A stretch of 64,000 nucleotides of DNA from Tubiluchus corallicola. Its lineage: Eukaryota; Animalia; Priapulida. Position 1 is the first letter of the stretch. Each line of letters begins with the position of its first letter. Under the pieces are notes generated by a model that saw nothing but the letters and a program-made list of their open reading frames with translations, did not search any database and had not been told where the DNA came from. The translations under genes were made by a program, and so were the position numbers. This document shows positions 12,450 through 25,485 of the stretch, piece by piece. The stretch covers positions 1-64,000 of the forward strand of contig JAQGDQ010000589.1 of assembly GCA_030141605.1 (NCBI GenBank). The letters run 5' to 3'.

Positions 12450-13439
12450 ATGAGGGGACACAGGCGTTTATCTAAGTTACTCTTTGGAGTTCTTGTGGTC
12501 GCCATTATTTTTTGGTTTGATGAAACAATTATGTTAAGTACGAGTAGGTTACTGCACAGAAAAGAACCACTGCTTTTAAAGCAAATGGAAAGCCTCAAAG
12601 CGGCAACGAAACCGGTAAAATTAATCGAAATGTGCAAAAATATCACTGCTAATGGCAAAATACCTTATATTGCCATTGCTAACCAAGGATACGTAAATAT
12701 AACATTGAGCTGGTTGTGCAACATCAGAATGATGGGAATATTAGATCAGATTATTATAGTTACTACAGATGATGATACCAATGTGATTCTGCTGCGTCTT
12801 TGGCCGAATTTGAACGTGTACAAACACTCAACTGAAAAACCCCTAAAAATGAAATATGAATTTGACAGTGCTGGGTACAGGTATATTATTCTAGAGCGAA
12901 TACAATTGCTTCACGAACTTCTTTTGGAAGGAATTGCCTTTCACATATTTGAAACAGATGCGGTGTGGTTGAAAAACCCTATACCTCTGCTTAAAGAACA
13001 CAGAGGAGTGGATTTGATAGGATCTATAGTTGGCGAAAGACTTGACAATTATAACATTTCTGTGGGGTTCATGTTCGTCAACAATACGATTAGTGCCCGC
13101 CATATGTGGGGCGAGATGGTACAAAGAGTGGAAAATGATTTTCGACATAAATACGAGCAGGGAGTTTTAGATAATTTATGCAAAATAGGCTATGCAAAAA
13201 CAAAGTGCGATTTTTACCCGTACAATCAAGTAGCAGATGGTCTTGTTTATTTTACTCAGGGTGCTAAAGACTTTGCTCCTGATCCTGCTGTGATTAACAT
13301 CAACTGGATTACTGGTATTGACAGGAAGGTGACTATAGCTAAAAAACATAGTCACTGGTTCTTGGACAGTGACAATAAGACATGTCTAGAGATTGATTTG
13401 AACAGATATCGCAGGAAAACCAGTTTTAAAGCGCAATAG
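12450..13439 (+). CDS. Nucleotide-diphospho-sugar transferase (Nucleotid_trans / GT77-like), single-exon ORF, 329 aa
   Basis: Basic tail plus TM; ANQGYVNITLSWLCN, IIVTTD, FETDAVWLKNP (DxD-like followed by W..NP), VGFMFVNNT, EQGVL, NINWITGIDRK..AKKHSHWFL match the GT77/PF03407 pattern. Confidence 0.85.
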   Translation: MRGHRRLSKLLFGVLVVAIIFWFDETIMLSTSRLLHRKEPLLLKQMESLKAATKPVKLIEMCKNITANGKIPYIAIANQGYVNITLSWLCNIRMMGILDQIIIVTTDDDTNVILLRLWPNLNVYKHSTEKPLKMKYEFDSAGYRYIILERIQLLHELLLEGIAFHIFETDAVWLKNPIPLLKEHRGVDLIGSIVGERLDNYNISVGFMFVNNTISARHMWGEMVQRVENDFRHKYEQGVLDNLCKIGYAKTKCDFYPYNQVADGLVYFTQGAKDFAPDPAVININWITGIDRKVTIAKKHSHWFLDSDNKTCLEIDLNRYRRKTSFKAQ

Positions 13440-13819
13440 TTTTGATGAAGCAGATCAAATATTTTGTGTTATTTGACAAACACAAGCACACACTTTTAGC
13501 CCTGCTGTTCAGATCATAGTAGCTGAAGTATTTACTGACATGGCCTGAGCTTATCAAGCAGTTTTTTTCATAGTTGTCATTCAGGGATAATGACATAGTG
13601 GTGTCATTCAATTGCAAAAAGTTGTTGTTATACTGATCCAGATGAAGCTCTGCAGCTTCCTTAGTCGTTAATTTCGATTTATCCAAATTTGTCATGAAGC
13701 TCAAACGAAAATATGAAAAGCACAAAACCAATCGTCAGTGATAATAATCTTTTGAAGAACTTGCAAATCTCATAGTTTTTACCTAGCTCATGCTGTTCTA
13801 ATTGCAAACAAGAGGTATG

Positions 13820-13823
<4 letters not shown>

Positions 13824-13869
<46 letters not shown>
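13824..13869. repeat. (TA)n microsatellite
   Basis: Pure TA run. Confidence 0.95.
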
Positions 13870-13872
<3 letters not shown>

Positions 13873-16800
13873 CTTTGAGAAGCCTGCTGTTATGTATTCG
13901 CCGTGACGTACCAAAAACACTTCGATACTGCCCGGTTCGGAATATTCATATTTTTGCACAGCATTCTGAATACTAATAAATAATCTGTTCTTACTCAGAG
14001 AAGTAATTCCAGTGCATGATTTAACAAAGCTAATCTGTCAAAACACTATTATCGTTCAGTTCATTTACACGTTTACACAACTTTGATGTTCATCTAGCTA
14101 ATAGTTTTACATTTGGGTCAGTGCCAGAAATGAAATAAATATCATGCAAACGTGAGAATTACATGGAATACCTGATACACGACGTAGAGATTTTCTAACT
14201 TTTACAACTAAAGTGTTAACAGTTTTATTAAATAAAAGATGGGTAATGATGTAATAGAACAAGCAGCAGGATGAATTAAAAAGCCTTAGCAAAACATGTA
14301 AACGTGTTTGTGACATACGTAAAAAGCATAAAAGAGAACTCATCGACTTTACAAAATCATGTTTACATTAAATCCAGGTTATTTGTAATTTAACTTGTTT
14401 TTCCAGGTTACTTGTAATTTTGTGGTTTAAATGCACAACATTGTCAAAATACTTTAGTCTTTCATCTCTAAGGCATGTTTCAAAATGTGTAGGAGTAATC
14501 AACGTGTTATATTTTGTAATAATTAGGGCAGACGGGTACATTTTAAATGTACGCTTTTAACTCTGTGTAATTTCTCTATATATATAAACTCTGATAAAGC
14601 ATTTTTGTCAACCATTTTTAAACTAGTCTTTGCCATTTCAAACAATTGACAATGATCATTATTATGAGTACACTCTATTAAATAGTAGCCTGATCGAGAT
14701 AGCCCAAATACAAACTCTTAATGATTCGTCTAGTTTATCTCCTTATGACTAGAATTCCGCCTAACTTTACTAGTCGCATGGTTGCTCCATCTAGCCGCAA
14801 ACGTGAGAACCAATACAAACTGTATTGGATACAGAACAAATTATAAAGATATTTCGTAAACTTTCCTGCAAAACATTTACCAGAATACATGGTTAAAAAT
14901 TTTCAAAATGTCGAAAAAAGTCGTTGCATTTTTGAACCAAAATTTAAATATTTACCATCAGAAAAAAGTGTTGGTGCGACGTGTTTTTCAATCTTACAAA
15001 TATTTTCCGTAATGTGAAGAAATTAAGGAGCGATATAAGTTTTGCACGACAAATAACCACGAGATGTGATTAGATTGTAAAAGCCTTTTTTGGACAACAT
15101 GTTTATGAAAGAAATACAGCGTGACACCTTTGGGGAAGTAAAATAGTTCGGCTAATGTTTGTTTATTCTTGTGGTTAAAGCTGCCTGCTGATTATTGTTG
15201 TTTATTGCGTGGCGTGTGACGTAGCCAGGACGGGCATGGCAAACTATCAAGACTTGATTTAAGGAGCAACACATTTATTAAATATCAAACACAACACAGT
15301 AAATATAAGAGGATAGTAATGCCAGCCCTCCGTCTTCAAGTCAGGTCTTCATCTCCCTCGAGGTGCGGGCCTCAAACACTTTTACTAACTCTCTAATGCG
15401 CCGTGAGCTTCTGTGCATAAGGGTTTCATCATCATGAGTCAGCGGGTCGAAGATGCCACACCTAACTAGGCTTCTTGTCAAGCATTTAATCTTGAGTTAT
15501 TAATTTAATAATTTAATCGGCAATTTAATCAAAATCATTATTTAACACAGCTTTACTTTACTGGGGATTCATGTACGGAGAGATGATTTTGCTCTTAGCA
15601 AGTATTTTTGGCGCCAGAATATCTAGCGTAAACTAATTTGTTCGCGTCACGAAACATTACAAAGTTTTCATGACAACACATTTGTTCTAATAGTGAGTGA
15701 TGTCGTGAATTTCTTTTTTCACGGGATTTCAGTTAAACATGTAATTAATGTTAAAGTCAATTAGGCTACTATATAACACACTAAGACAGCTTTAATTTAA
15801 CACACACTCAACACCAACTTTTTTTTCATTTGCACACATGTTTAACCTGTTAAATACTAAAGTCACCACATGGCTAACCATGTGTGACTTGTGAACTTGA
15901 TCAAGTTCACAACAAGTTAAGAAATTCTGTGGTGCGTAGAAAACTTCAAACATTTCGAAGGTGGTTAAAATTTGACAACGTTGGAGAAAAATGGCAATTT
16001 ATGTTTCTATCAGCAGTAGCAGATTATGATGTCAACCGCATTTCATTTCAGTGAGATGCGTTTTTCTTTCATTTGACTTTGAAGTAGCATTAACTTTTCC
16101 CAAGGTCAATATTTTCCTTTTAATACGCCATGTTTGATAACAAGGAACAGCACATTATTCCAATGAAACCAAAAATTGTCGCTTTTGAAGAGTGACGCTT
16201 GAGTCAGCAAATGTCCCAGAGGCTATTATAAAAATATAAATAGCAAAAACCATTTATGAGTAAATCTTAACAACACGGGACTCATTGGCCTTCGTGTTTA
16301 CGAATACAGAATCTAGGGTTAGTTTGACCTTGAACCGGCCAGCACAGCAAGTCGTCCATTGCATCTTACTGTGGGTTAAGCAGTTACGGTTGAGTTTTGA
16401 CGTTAGAGTAGGGAAAAATACCTGGAAAAAGAAAAGACAATAGCAAAGATTTTCTTTTCATTAAAAGTACTAGAAGCTTTCGTTAATTTGCTTTGCTAAC
16501 TCGTGTACTCATGTTATACTTACTAAAATCTAAACCATCTGTTAAGTAAGTTGAAGCCATGTATGTAAAACTAACATTTTAAGGTGTCTTGTTGTGAAAT
16601 GAATTTTGCCATTAATTTCACTTGCCACAAGGCATTTTTGCTTATTACTAACGAGGTTCTTTGCTTATTTGTGGTTTTTACAGTATAAAATTCGTTTATA
16701 AAAATTCATAACATTCATATGGACAAACTTAAAAACATTTTAATCCGCAACACTTATTTACGATTGCCGTATCACTACAAAGCACGTAAGAAATGTATAA

Positions 16801-16948
16801 TACATAAATATAAATAGAATAGAATATACATAGATTAATAACATAGATTAATAGCAAGTAAGAATTTCTCATATGCAGTTGTGGTGATCAAATGACATCT
16901 CTTCCCTTCCTCAAACTTGTTTTAATTACTGAAAAGTGACTAGAAAAC

Positions 16949-17120
16949 AGCTGGTTGTTTGTGGTTGTTCGTTAATTAGGGTTTAGCTGCTATTCTTGCA
17001 TTTTGGGGACTGCTAAAAAAATGCGCAATGACGTCAGAGATTTTGCGCAGCATTGACATCATGTGCAAAGCCCCGCCTACGGGAAAAAACATCATTAATA
17101 TGTGTTCGCCAATACTGGAT
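16949..17120 (+). repeat. Direct repeat, copy 1 (copy 2 at about 18873-19060)
   Basis: Shared blocks gttgtttgtggttgt, aaaatgcgcaatga, tgacgtcagagattttgcgcagcat, atgtgcaaagccccg.ctacgggaaaaaa. Confidence 0.85.
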
Positions 17121-17899
17121 GCTTTGCTTGATAGTGTTACTAATTGGATAGAATGTGTTCACTGTTTAGTTCTGAGATTTCCACTTCGTCTTCACTTGTC
17201 GGATCTTGTAAAATTTCATCTTCATCAGCTTTAATCTTAGTCACCTGCCCATATTACTAAATGAAGAATGTTCCACAAACAATAATAGGAAATTTCCTCA
17301 ATAGATTGTTAGAAAAATCTCTTTGTAGAACTGTAGGTCAGATTGGAGGTTTGCAGCACATCTTAGTCTTAAAAGAAAACACACGGTGTTGATAGAAAGA
17401 AAAATACTGCAATGTAAATTTCAAAAAAGTCCTTACATAAAAGACCACTCATGCACTCTTACATCTGGCACTCGTGCTGGGCAAAAAGCATGAATAACAC
17501 TTTTCAACAAAACCAAGGTAAGGTTGCATAACAAATCGAAAAATATTTAATCACTGCTAGTTTGAAAATTTTTCGTTGCGTGCATGAATATATAAAATGT
17601 GAAACATAAAATATATATATATATATATATATATGTGTTATGCATCACGTGACCTACCGCTTCGCTTATGTGTTAATGCGCCATATTGGACAGTAGAAAG
17701 TGATGAGGTTGTACGTATGCGCTGAAAGCTATTATTGCTGGTAGATAAGTTGCAAGTTTTGCAGTTATAAAGTATTAAAGATAGCTAAATGAATTCGTGG
17801 TTAGCAGTTTAAGTAATGTGTTACAAATTGAAGCAAAAATTCCATGCAAAGAAAAACGCCGTGAACTTGGGTTGGGTTCAGTGGACCAATATTCTATTC

Positions 17900-18606
17900 T
17901 GCCGACTATGGGAAGTATTCTGGATGAAACGATTGTGAACTATAGAATTTTTAATACATCTTCTTATACGGACAAGGTGCTGAAGGCGTATAAAAGTTTT
18001 ATGCTTTTAAAACTTTGTGGCTGGTTTTGTTCACAATGTCAGAATCTGAAAAGTTTACAACACTTCCAAATTACATTGCATTTAGTAAGGTGAGATTTTA
18101 ATTTAGCATGCTAAAGAATTTTTACTAGCACTGCGTTTTTTATTTAATTATCTTAAATTTACTGCGGATTAGAAGATTGCCTGTTAATAATCATTTTGCT
18201 CATAATGGAATTCTAATGATTTTTGTAAGGCTACAAGTTTAAACAAGCATTAAAGTATATGCTTTGCAGCTATGCCTGAAACTGTTAAACACTATAAAAA
18301 ATTGGCAGCAGCATTGAGCTTCAAAAAGTATTAACAAATTTTGAAATTTTTGAAGAGCTGCCTTAAACTTACAATGTGATTTTAATTAAAATTTTCAATT
18401 TTCGCCTGTTACGTATGTTTAACATAACTGTCTGGGTGTGCATGACCACCAATGGTCAAATCTTATCAGGACATTGTGTATGCATGGCCGGACTAGGAGA
18501 ATGTTGCTCGCACGTGGCTGCAACTTTGTTTATTGTGGAAGCAGCCAAAAAATCAAACTTTAGCAGCCAAAGTGCACATCCCCTTCTGGTGCTTGGTCGA
18601 AATTGA
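17900..18606 (+). mobile_element. Decayed SWIM-finger gene resembling the KolX accessory protein of Kolobok DNA transposons
   Basis: SYTDKVLKAYKSF followed, after a frameshift, by FVAGFVHNV; later VWVCMTTNGQILSGHCVCMAGLGECCSHVAATLF (SWIM CxCxnCxH). An intron-like AT-rich gap starts near 18086-18090. Confidence 0.65.
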
Positions 18607-18872
18607 TTTCATGAGTCCTGCCAGAAAAATAAAGTGTGAAACAAACTTAACGGAAGACTTAAATTGCTGCTCGTCTTCACGTAATACACGTATCAGGTGA
18701 AGAAATGCAACAGAAAAGAAAATCATTTTACAAACAGTTATACAAAACGAGTGCCGTTGCTCTAAAGCACAAGAAAAACCTCCACTTACATAAAGCTTAC
18801 TATAAAGCTCCCATACTATAGGAGCAATGCATGACTTATCCCACCATATTGCCGCGCGTTGTGCACGTCTAC

Positions 18873-19060
18873 TGCTAGTTGTTTGTGGTTGTACCTTATC
18901 AAGGGTTTATTGCCTGTTCATGCGGGTTTCGGGACAGCTAAGAAAATGCGCAATGATGTTCACATTTTTCCGTGACGTCAGAGATTTTGCGCAGCATCGG
19001 CAGTATGTGCAAAGCCCCGTCTACGGGAAAAAAACGTGATGTGTGCTCGCCATATTGGCA
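18873..19060 (+). repeat. Direct repeat, copy 2
   Basis: Matches 16949-17120 with a short insertion. Confidence 0.85.
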
Positions 19061-19974
19061 ATTTGTCAATTATTGCAGAAAATCATGAAACTGTATCATT
19101 GTTACATATGTATAAGACCGGACACAAGCAATTGTCAGGCAAATCATTGTAAAACAGACTAAAAAATTAGACTGTAGCTGCTAATGGATTATACGTGAAT
19201 TCATATGAGTCAATGTGCGTGAATAGTCAAGAAGGCATGTAAAACCACAAATTTCGAGTCACAAAACCAACGTTTGTTACATACATAGATCAGAACTAGA
19301 TGTTTAATGTACAAAGTTATAAAGCTGCAGGCTCTCTTCTGCCGCCAGGCTGGGATAGCGGCTGCTTTTGTTAAAGCTAGGCATGCGCACTAACTCTCTG
19401 TGCATAGACAGAAATGTCTTACCCATATTTGGTCATATCATCCTAACAAGTTCTGCCTAGCCACAAGAATCTGTCAATTTTCGGACGTTTGTGCAGTGAC
19501 AGCCTGCTAACCGGGTGTTCCATGAGTTACATACTAAAATGATATTAATTATAAACTAATTAGACTTTATCTTATTATTATCTGAATTTCTCTCTCAGTG
19601 ATATTTGCATTACCGAAGTCAAAAATGCTCACAAACCAGTTTATTTAATTAGACTGCAATAAAATTACTTCCCAGTCCGATGGTTACTTACACATAATCA
19701 GCTTGCACATAACTGAAGTAAACAATAATGTGGGTTTAAACAACATAAGCAAAATTTCCATAAATATTGTAAGGAAATTCATGTAGAAAAACTACTTCCG
19801 ATAAATAATGTCCGTAAAAATAATCTAGTTATTTTTTTGCTAAAACATTAATTTAAGCTAAAATGAGGTAAATTAGTGTTAATTGTGCGTATTCGATCGT
19901 TTTAAGGCCAGCTGTCGATTTAAAAGTTTAAGAAATAAACAATGTTTTAACGTTATTTAATGTTTTAAATAAAT

Positions 19975-20655
19975 GTAGTGGTGAACCACTCCACTACCCA
20001 ACTGTACCAGTGGTGAACCGCACAACTACCTACCTGTACTAGTGGCGAATCGTACCACTACCTAACTGTACCAGTGGCGAACCATACCACTACCTAACTG
20101 TACCAGTGGCGAACTGCACCACTACCTAACTGTACCAGTGGCGAACTGTACCACTACCTAACTGTACCAGTGGCGAACCATACCACTACCTAACTGTACC
20201 AGTGGCGAACCATACCACTACCTAACTGTACCAGTGGCGAACTGTACCACTACCTAACTGTACCAGTGGCGAACCATATCACTACCTAAATGTACCAGAG
20301 GTGAACCGTACCACTACCTAACTGTACCAGTGGTCAAGCACACCACTATCTACCTGTACTAGTGCCGACCTGAACCACAACCTAACTGTACTACTGGCGA
20401 ACCGTATCACTACCTAACTGTACCAGTGGTCAAGCACACCACTATCTAACTGTACTAGTGTCGACCTGAACCACAACCTAACTGTACTAGAGGTGAACCG
20501 TACCACTACTTAACTGTACTAGTGGTGAACCATACCACTACTTAACTGTACAAGTGGTGAACCATACCACTACTTTGACTGTTCTAGTGGTGAACAGTGC
20601 CACTACCTAACTGTACTAGTGGTGAACCATACCACTACTTAACTGTACTAATGGT
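19975..20655. repeat. 32-bp minisatellite, about 21 copies
   Basis: Unit ctaactgtaccagtggcgaaccataccactac; period 32 read directly (20222 to 20254). Confidence 0.95.
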
Positions 20656-21734
20656 AATTTAGCATTGGATTTTCATATTAATAAGCAAAACTCGCACACC
20701 ATCTGTTAACACTTGTAAGCACATGTAATTATCTCTTGGCTAGTGCTAGTAGCGATTATGTTCTGTTTGTGTATGTTCGTACTTTACGTTTTGACTGTAT
20801 GTACCTATTAAATTGTTTATTTTGTTTCGTTTTATTGATAATTTTATGAGGTCAATAAAAGTCAGTAATAATAATAAACAAGGGCAGGCATAATTGAGAG
20901 TCAGAGGGCCTCACGGACAATTTACTGCCTTTGGTCTTTCAGTAGCAATGGGTATTAATTGTTATTAACAATTGAAAGATTTGCACATGAAAGGCCGCGG
21001 GGCAAAAATGGGCAATGCCTCGAAGACTGGTGCATTGTTCTACCGTCGTTGCTCTCCACCGGGGTAGTTGCTTTGACACTTGGACCAGAGTTTTTGGTGG
21101 ACGAGAGGTATCATTTCGAGTCCCACATGCTGAAAATGGACTAATAAACCAAACGACTTGGAGACATCATCCAGTTTAAAAAGAGCGGCATAAGGCCCAA
21201 CCAAAATGCTTGGCTAAACTAATAATCTTTGAAAAAATATGAATTTTGAAACTACTAAACATTTAATGGTTTGTAAGTGAGAACGAAGCCTTATGATTAA
21301 ACTGAACAAGTATCTGGCAAAACACAAAGCATAAAGTGCAAAATACAGGTGAGGGATTACCAGACCTTCAATTTAAGTTCTAAAACAGCGGGACAAAACG
21401 TCTAATGAGGGAACAGGCTTGTCTTGTTAGGCGTTTAAGCTATCACCAACAAACACTGAGCTCAAGGATTCAGAATGCAGTACAATTTTTTATAGATTTT
21501 GCACAAGTAAAACAGGTAAGTATTTAAATTTGAGCCAATCAGATGGTAGGGTTTGTGAATTTCGTGGAGGTATGAGTATGCTTTCAATGCGAGTAGGATA
21601 CACGCATAAATTTTGCTATAATGTATTATAATTTTTAAGTCGATTCTTCTGAAACCTGCTTTAGCAACCCCGTTTCATGTCCTCTAAAACTGACCAATCT
21701 TACAGTACCACTGTACTTCAATTTTCCCTTTCAC

Positions 21735-21946
21735 AAACACGTGCAAAACGCTCGTGGAATATTTTTGCTGTTGAAAATTATTTTAGTTTGTGATGTCATC
21801 AACAGTTGGGCTCGCACGCCATTAATTAATTTTTAATTTATAATTTAATTATCAGAAACGCCTTTGTAGTATTAATTGTATTAAATGTATACCATTTGTA
21901 CACATGAAAAGTGGGGTAGTATATGAAAAATGAACCTGTCTTCATT
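21735..21946 (+). mobile_element. Fragment of a dispersed non-autonomous DNA element (same family as 26865-27303)
   Basis: Aligns by eye with 27088-27298 (tggaatat.tttgctgttga, tgatgtcatcaa.agtt.ggctcgc.cgccattaattaa, ggggtagtatatgaaaaa..cctgtcttc). Confidence 0.7.
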
Positions 21947-24519
21947 GCACTCCAGAATGCATTATATATAGGATTTTAATAGTAGAGATTTCATACGCCT
22001 TTTAAAGCAATGCAATGTTTGCTCTGTGGTAGCATAACCAGTTTATTCCATTGGCAAATTTAACAAAGTGTCTGGCAGCATTGGTTTGCACGACTGAATG
22101 TCATATTAATTAGATCTGGTGTTGATGTCTATGATTACGTATAACAGGATTTATGAAACATGAGGATAATAAACAATGATGCGTTTTGTACATATAGAGA
22201 GCAAGGTTGAAGAAACTGGGCCATCTAAATTTAAGATTCCACAGTTATAAAAAGCATAGATTCAATCGGGGCTCGTTTTTGATAAATTATAAGTGATTCT
22301 CGAAAACTTATGCTGGTATCTGGCTAGAGAGTGGTCGAGTATGTTTCTCCATAGAATACTACAAAGTTTTGCAGGGTTATTAAATGAAATTTTGTAGTTT
22401 ATTTTTTTGTCAGTGAAACCATGCCAGTGTTTTTTTGCAATTTGTGAACTCATGTTAATTAATAGGAGACCTCCAATTTATTCGCCTACCCTTTATTGTT
22501 GCCAAGTTCCTCATCTTTCCAAACACAAAGCGCAATTAAATTCCTGCGTTGAAAGTATAACGTTCTTAGCAAAAGTAAAAATAATTAAAATAGTTACCCC
22601 TAACCTTCATTGAATAGTTTACGTTATCCGTTCCCAAAGAAGGTTATCACAAATCAATATTGTGATACATTTGAGCATTGGCATAGCCATTGATGAAAAG
22701 TTGTCTACTAACTAGAAGCTACTAATTAACATCTAAGTGCGACATAGACAATGTTTCAATTAAAGGCAAAGACAACGTTTATTTACTATCGTTTATTTAA
22801 CAGACGCCAATCTGAGTGTTTGTGGTCTGAAATCTAGATCACATACCGGCCAGCTGGGAGTGATTTAATTTAAATTGAATGCTTATACTCGGATTTATCT
22901 TTACTCTTTTCAGTATGAATGTTAGTTTGCTAGTTCAGTTTAGTTTTACCGTGACTGTTATTTTGACAACTTATTGCTATAATTTCCTGAGACCCCGCTT
23001 GGGGCAAAATAGGGGTCAAGGAGACAAATGCCTTCCAGTGTTAACCGAAACTAGCTTGTAGTACATTAAATGAAAGTCTCGATGAAGCGGATTGAACGAC
23101 AATAATTACTCTGCAATTTCTGACCACATTAGAGGCAAAAACCGAAAAATGGGGGACTGGAAACGAAATCCATCGTGTGTCTGAGAATAGTACCGTGTAG
23201 CACATAAAATGAAATGTCTCAATGAGTAAAATTGAATGGTATAAGTTATAGCACGATTGGTTGACCTTTGACCCACAGGTCATGGGTTAAAAAGTTGAAA
23301 GTTGTGATTCCGTTGTGAAGCGAAGTTCCTATGTAGTCAAGCAACAATGTGAAGTCAATAAAATACTACATTATAATTTTCAAGCAAAACTCTCGTGTCT
23401 TTACAAGGCCCAAGTCTATAGCTATTGTCTGCAAAAATCGTCAGAAACATTGTCAACTTGTTTAGAATAAAAACTGAAAGACTCGTAAAAACGTTTGATC
23501 AGTAAATACAGCTTCCAAGTTACTTCTCCAATCATATGATTACTTTATTAATAGTTAATGGACTGTTTTATTTCAAAGCCGTGAATTTTCCTGTCCACAA
23601 TTATCGATGTCCTGTCGTCTTCATTTTCAGGTGTTACCTTGAAATCATTATTATGCGTCCTTAGGAACTTCATAATAATCTCAAATGATGGGTCATCTCG
23701 AAATGTGATCGTATTGACATTTCACTTTCTGTAATGTTCCTGATGAATGGGGCTTGACACTCGCACATTATATTATGCTTTATTTCTTTCTGTGTTACAA
23801 TATCGTTCATTACTCATTACATTATCAGTTGTAACATGGTGCTCTTGTTGGAGATGTTGTTTCGAATCTATCCAGATATCAAAATTATATTAGATTCAAT
23901 CTCTACTGTGTTTAAACACATTACAATGGTTTTATAGATTTTCAGTTCACAAAATTTAAAATAGCAAAAAGACACATGCTAGTCAAAATTGTTTACCAGG
24001 TTTACTCGGAGAAAATAAGATTTCTTGTTTTAAAAGCGATATAAAAATGGTCGATTTAAATCAGCATGACGTTCAAATAACATAATAGGGAAGAATCCCG
24101 GTAAAACAGTTTTTGTCGGTTCCCATACAGGTCGCTTACCTTTAAAAAGACTACGGTTTAGTGTAATAACGTCTGGCGACTATTTTCCAAATTAAAGTCA
24201 ATTATCAGAAAGAACATCAGCTTTAAGCTCGGATTAGCTTTTATCATGGCGAGTGTTTGCAAATTTTCTGTCATTTAGAAAATTAGCTTTGCAGCCTGTT
24301 CACCCAGCTAGAAAAAATCTGGCTTTCAGGGATTAGGTTTTCCCACGGTGAGGACTCGCAAGCTTTGTGTCTTTTAGGAGATTAGCTTTGCAGAACAATC
24401 ATGCACTCAGCTAGAGAGGGATTAGTGTCTTTCTTCAAGTTGTAGATTCCAAACACTGATAGCAGCCCGAACCATCATTAAATGTCATTATCTCAACCTT
24501 ACGATCAAGGACACTGGAG

Positions 24520-24795
<276 letters not shown>

Positions 24796-24994
24796 ATTGT
24801 CATATTGTAATAGTTGATTGCATGTAATTCAATGGATTATTTTTACCATTTTCGTCATGTTTTCGTCATGCGTTTACTTTTGTCCAATTTGCAGTTACAA
24901 TTGTTTAATCTGTTTAAAATGCTCAGAAAGAGTAAATTATCCCACAGTGGTTTGATGTTACAAATATTCCCACGTTGGCTGCTAGAGGGATAAT

Positions 24995-25485
24995 TTCTGT
25001 ATGAATGACTGGAGCCTGGCTTTTAGGATTTATGCCATTCATCCTGTAAACTACCATTCACATAATTTCTAGGGAAGTGACTAGCTGCCTGTTTTCTAGG
25101 ATTAAAACAAATTATCTTGGAGTTAATCGGCTTAGACCCGGATGAAGCTTTTGTTGATGAGACGAGCGAGTTGTGTTTGTAAATTGAGCTGTCATTAAAA
25201 TAATTATCGCCCGCACTCAAGCCAGAGGCTTTTATCTGTAAACAAAAAAGCTTTAAATCTTAAGCTCCTCTGAAAATCAAAACCTGCGGCATCAAGTCAA
25301 AATCCATCAACCTTCAGCTTTGGAGGCTGGGATAATGAGGTGCTTTATCATGACATTGGTGTATCATTGTTATATTACAATAAGTCTTGTATGACTGTAG
25401 AAAAATCTGCATTGCATTTGAAATAAAACCAAATATGAAACTCTCCATTTATATGACATTAGCGGATTTTGATCAAGAGAGGCAC
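24995..25485 (+). repeat. Non-coding dispersed duplicate, copy 1 (copy 2 at about 43730-44060)
   Basis: tgaatgactgg.gcctggct..taggatttatgcc through tccatttatatgacattagc.gattttgatcaagaga is shared; copy 2 lacks roughly 25205-25370. Confidence 0.85.

Noticed and set aside
15215-15460. Possible small solo LTR (TGT..ACA)
   Set aside because: No target-site duplication and no second copy.
19975-20655. CRISPR-like look of the palindromic 32-bp repeats
   Set aside because: Units are contiguous with no unique spacers, there are no cas genes, and the context is eukaryotic.
21950-23930. Possible additional decayed gene: minus-strand protein-like stretches such as GGLLLINMSSQIAKKHW
   Set aside because: Only a weak resemblance to one GT77 segment and many stops; needs TBLASTN to assess.
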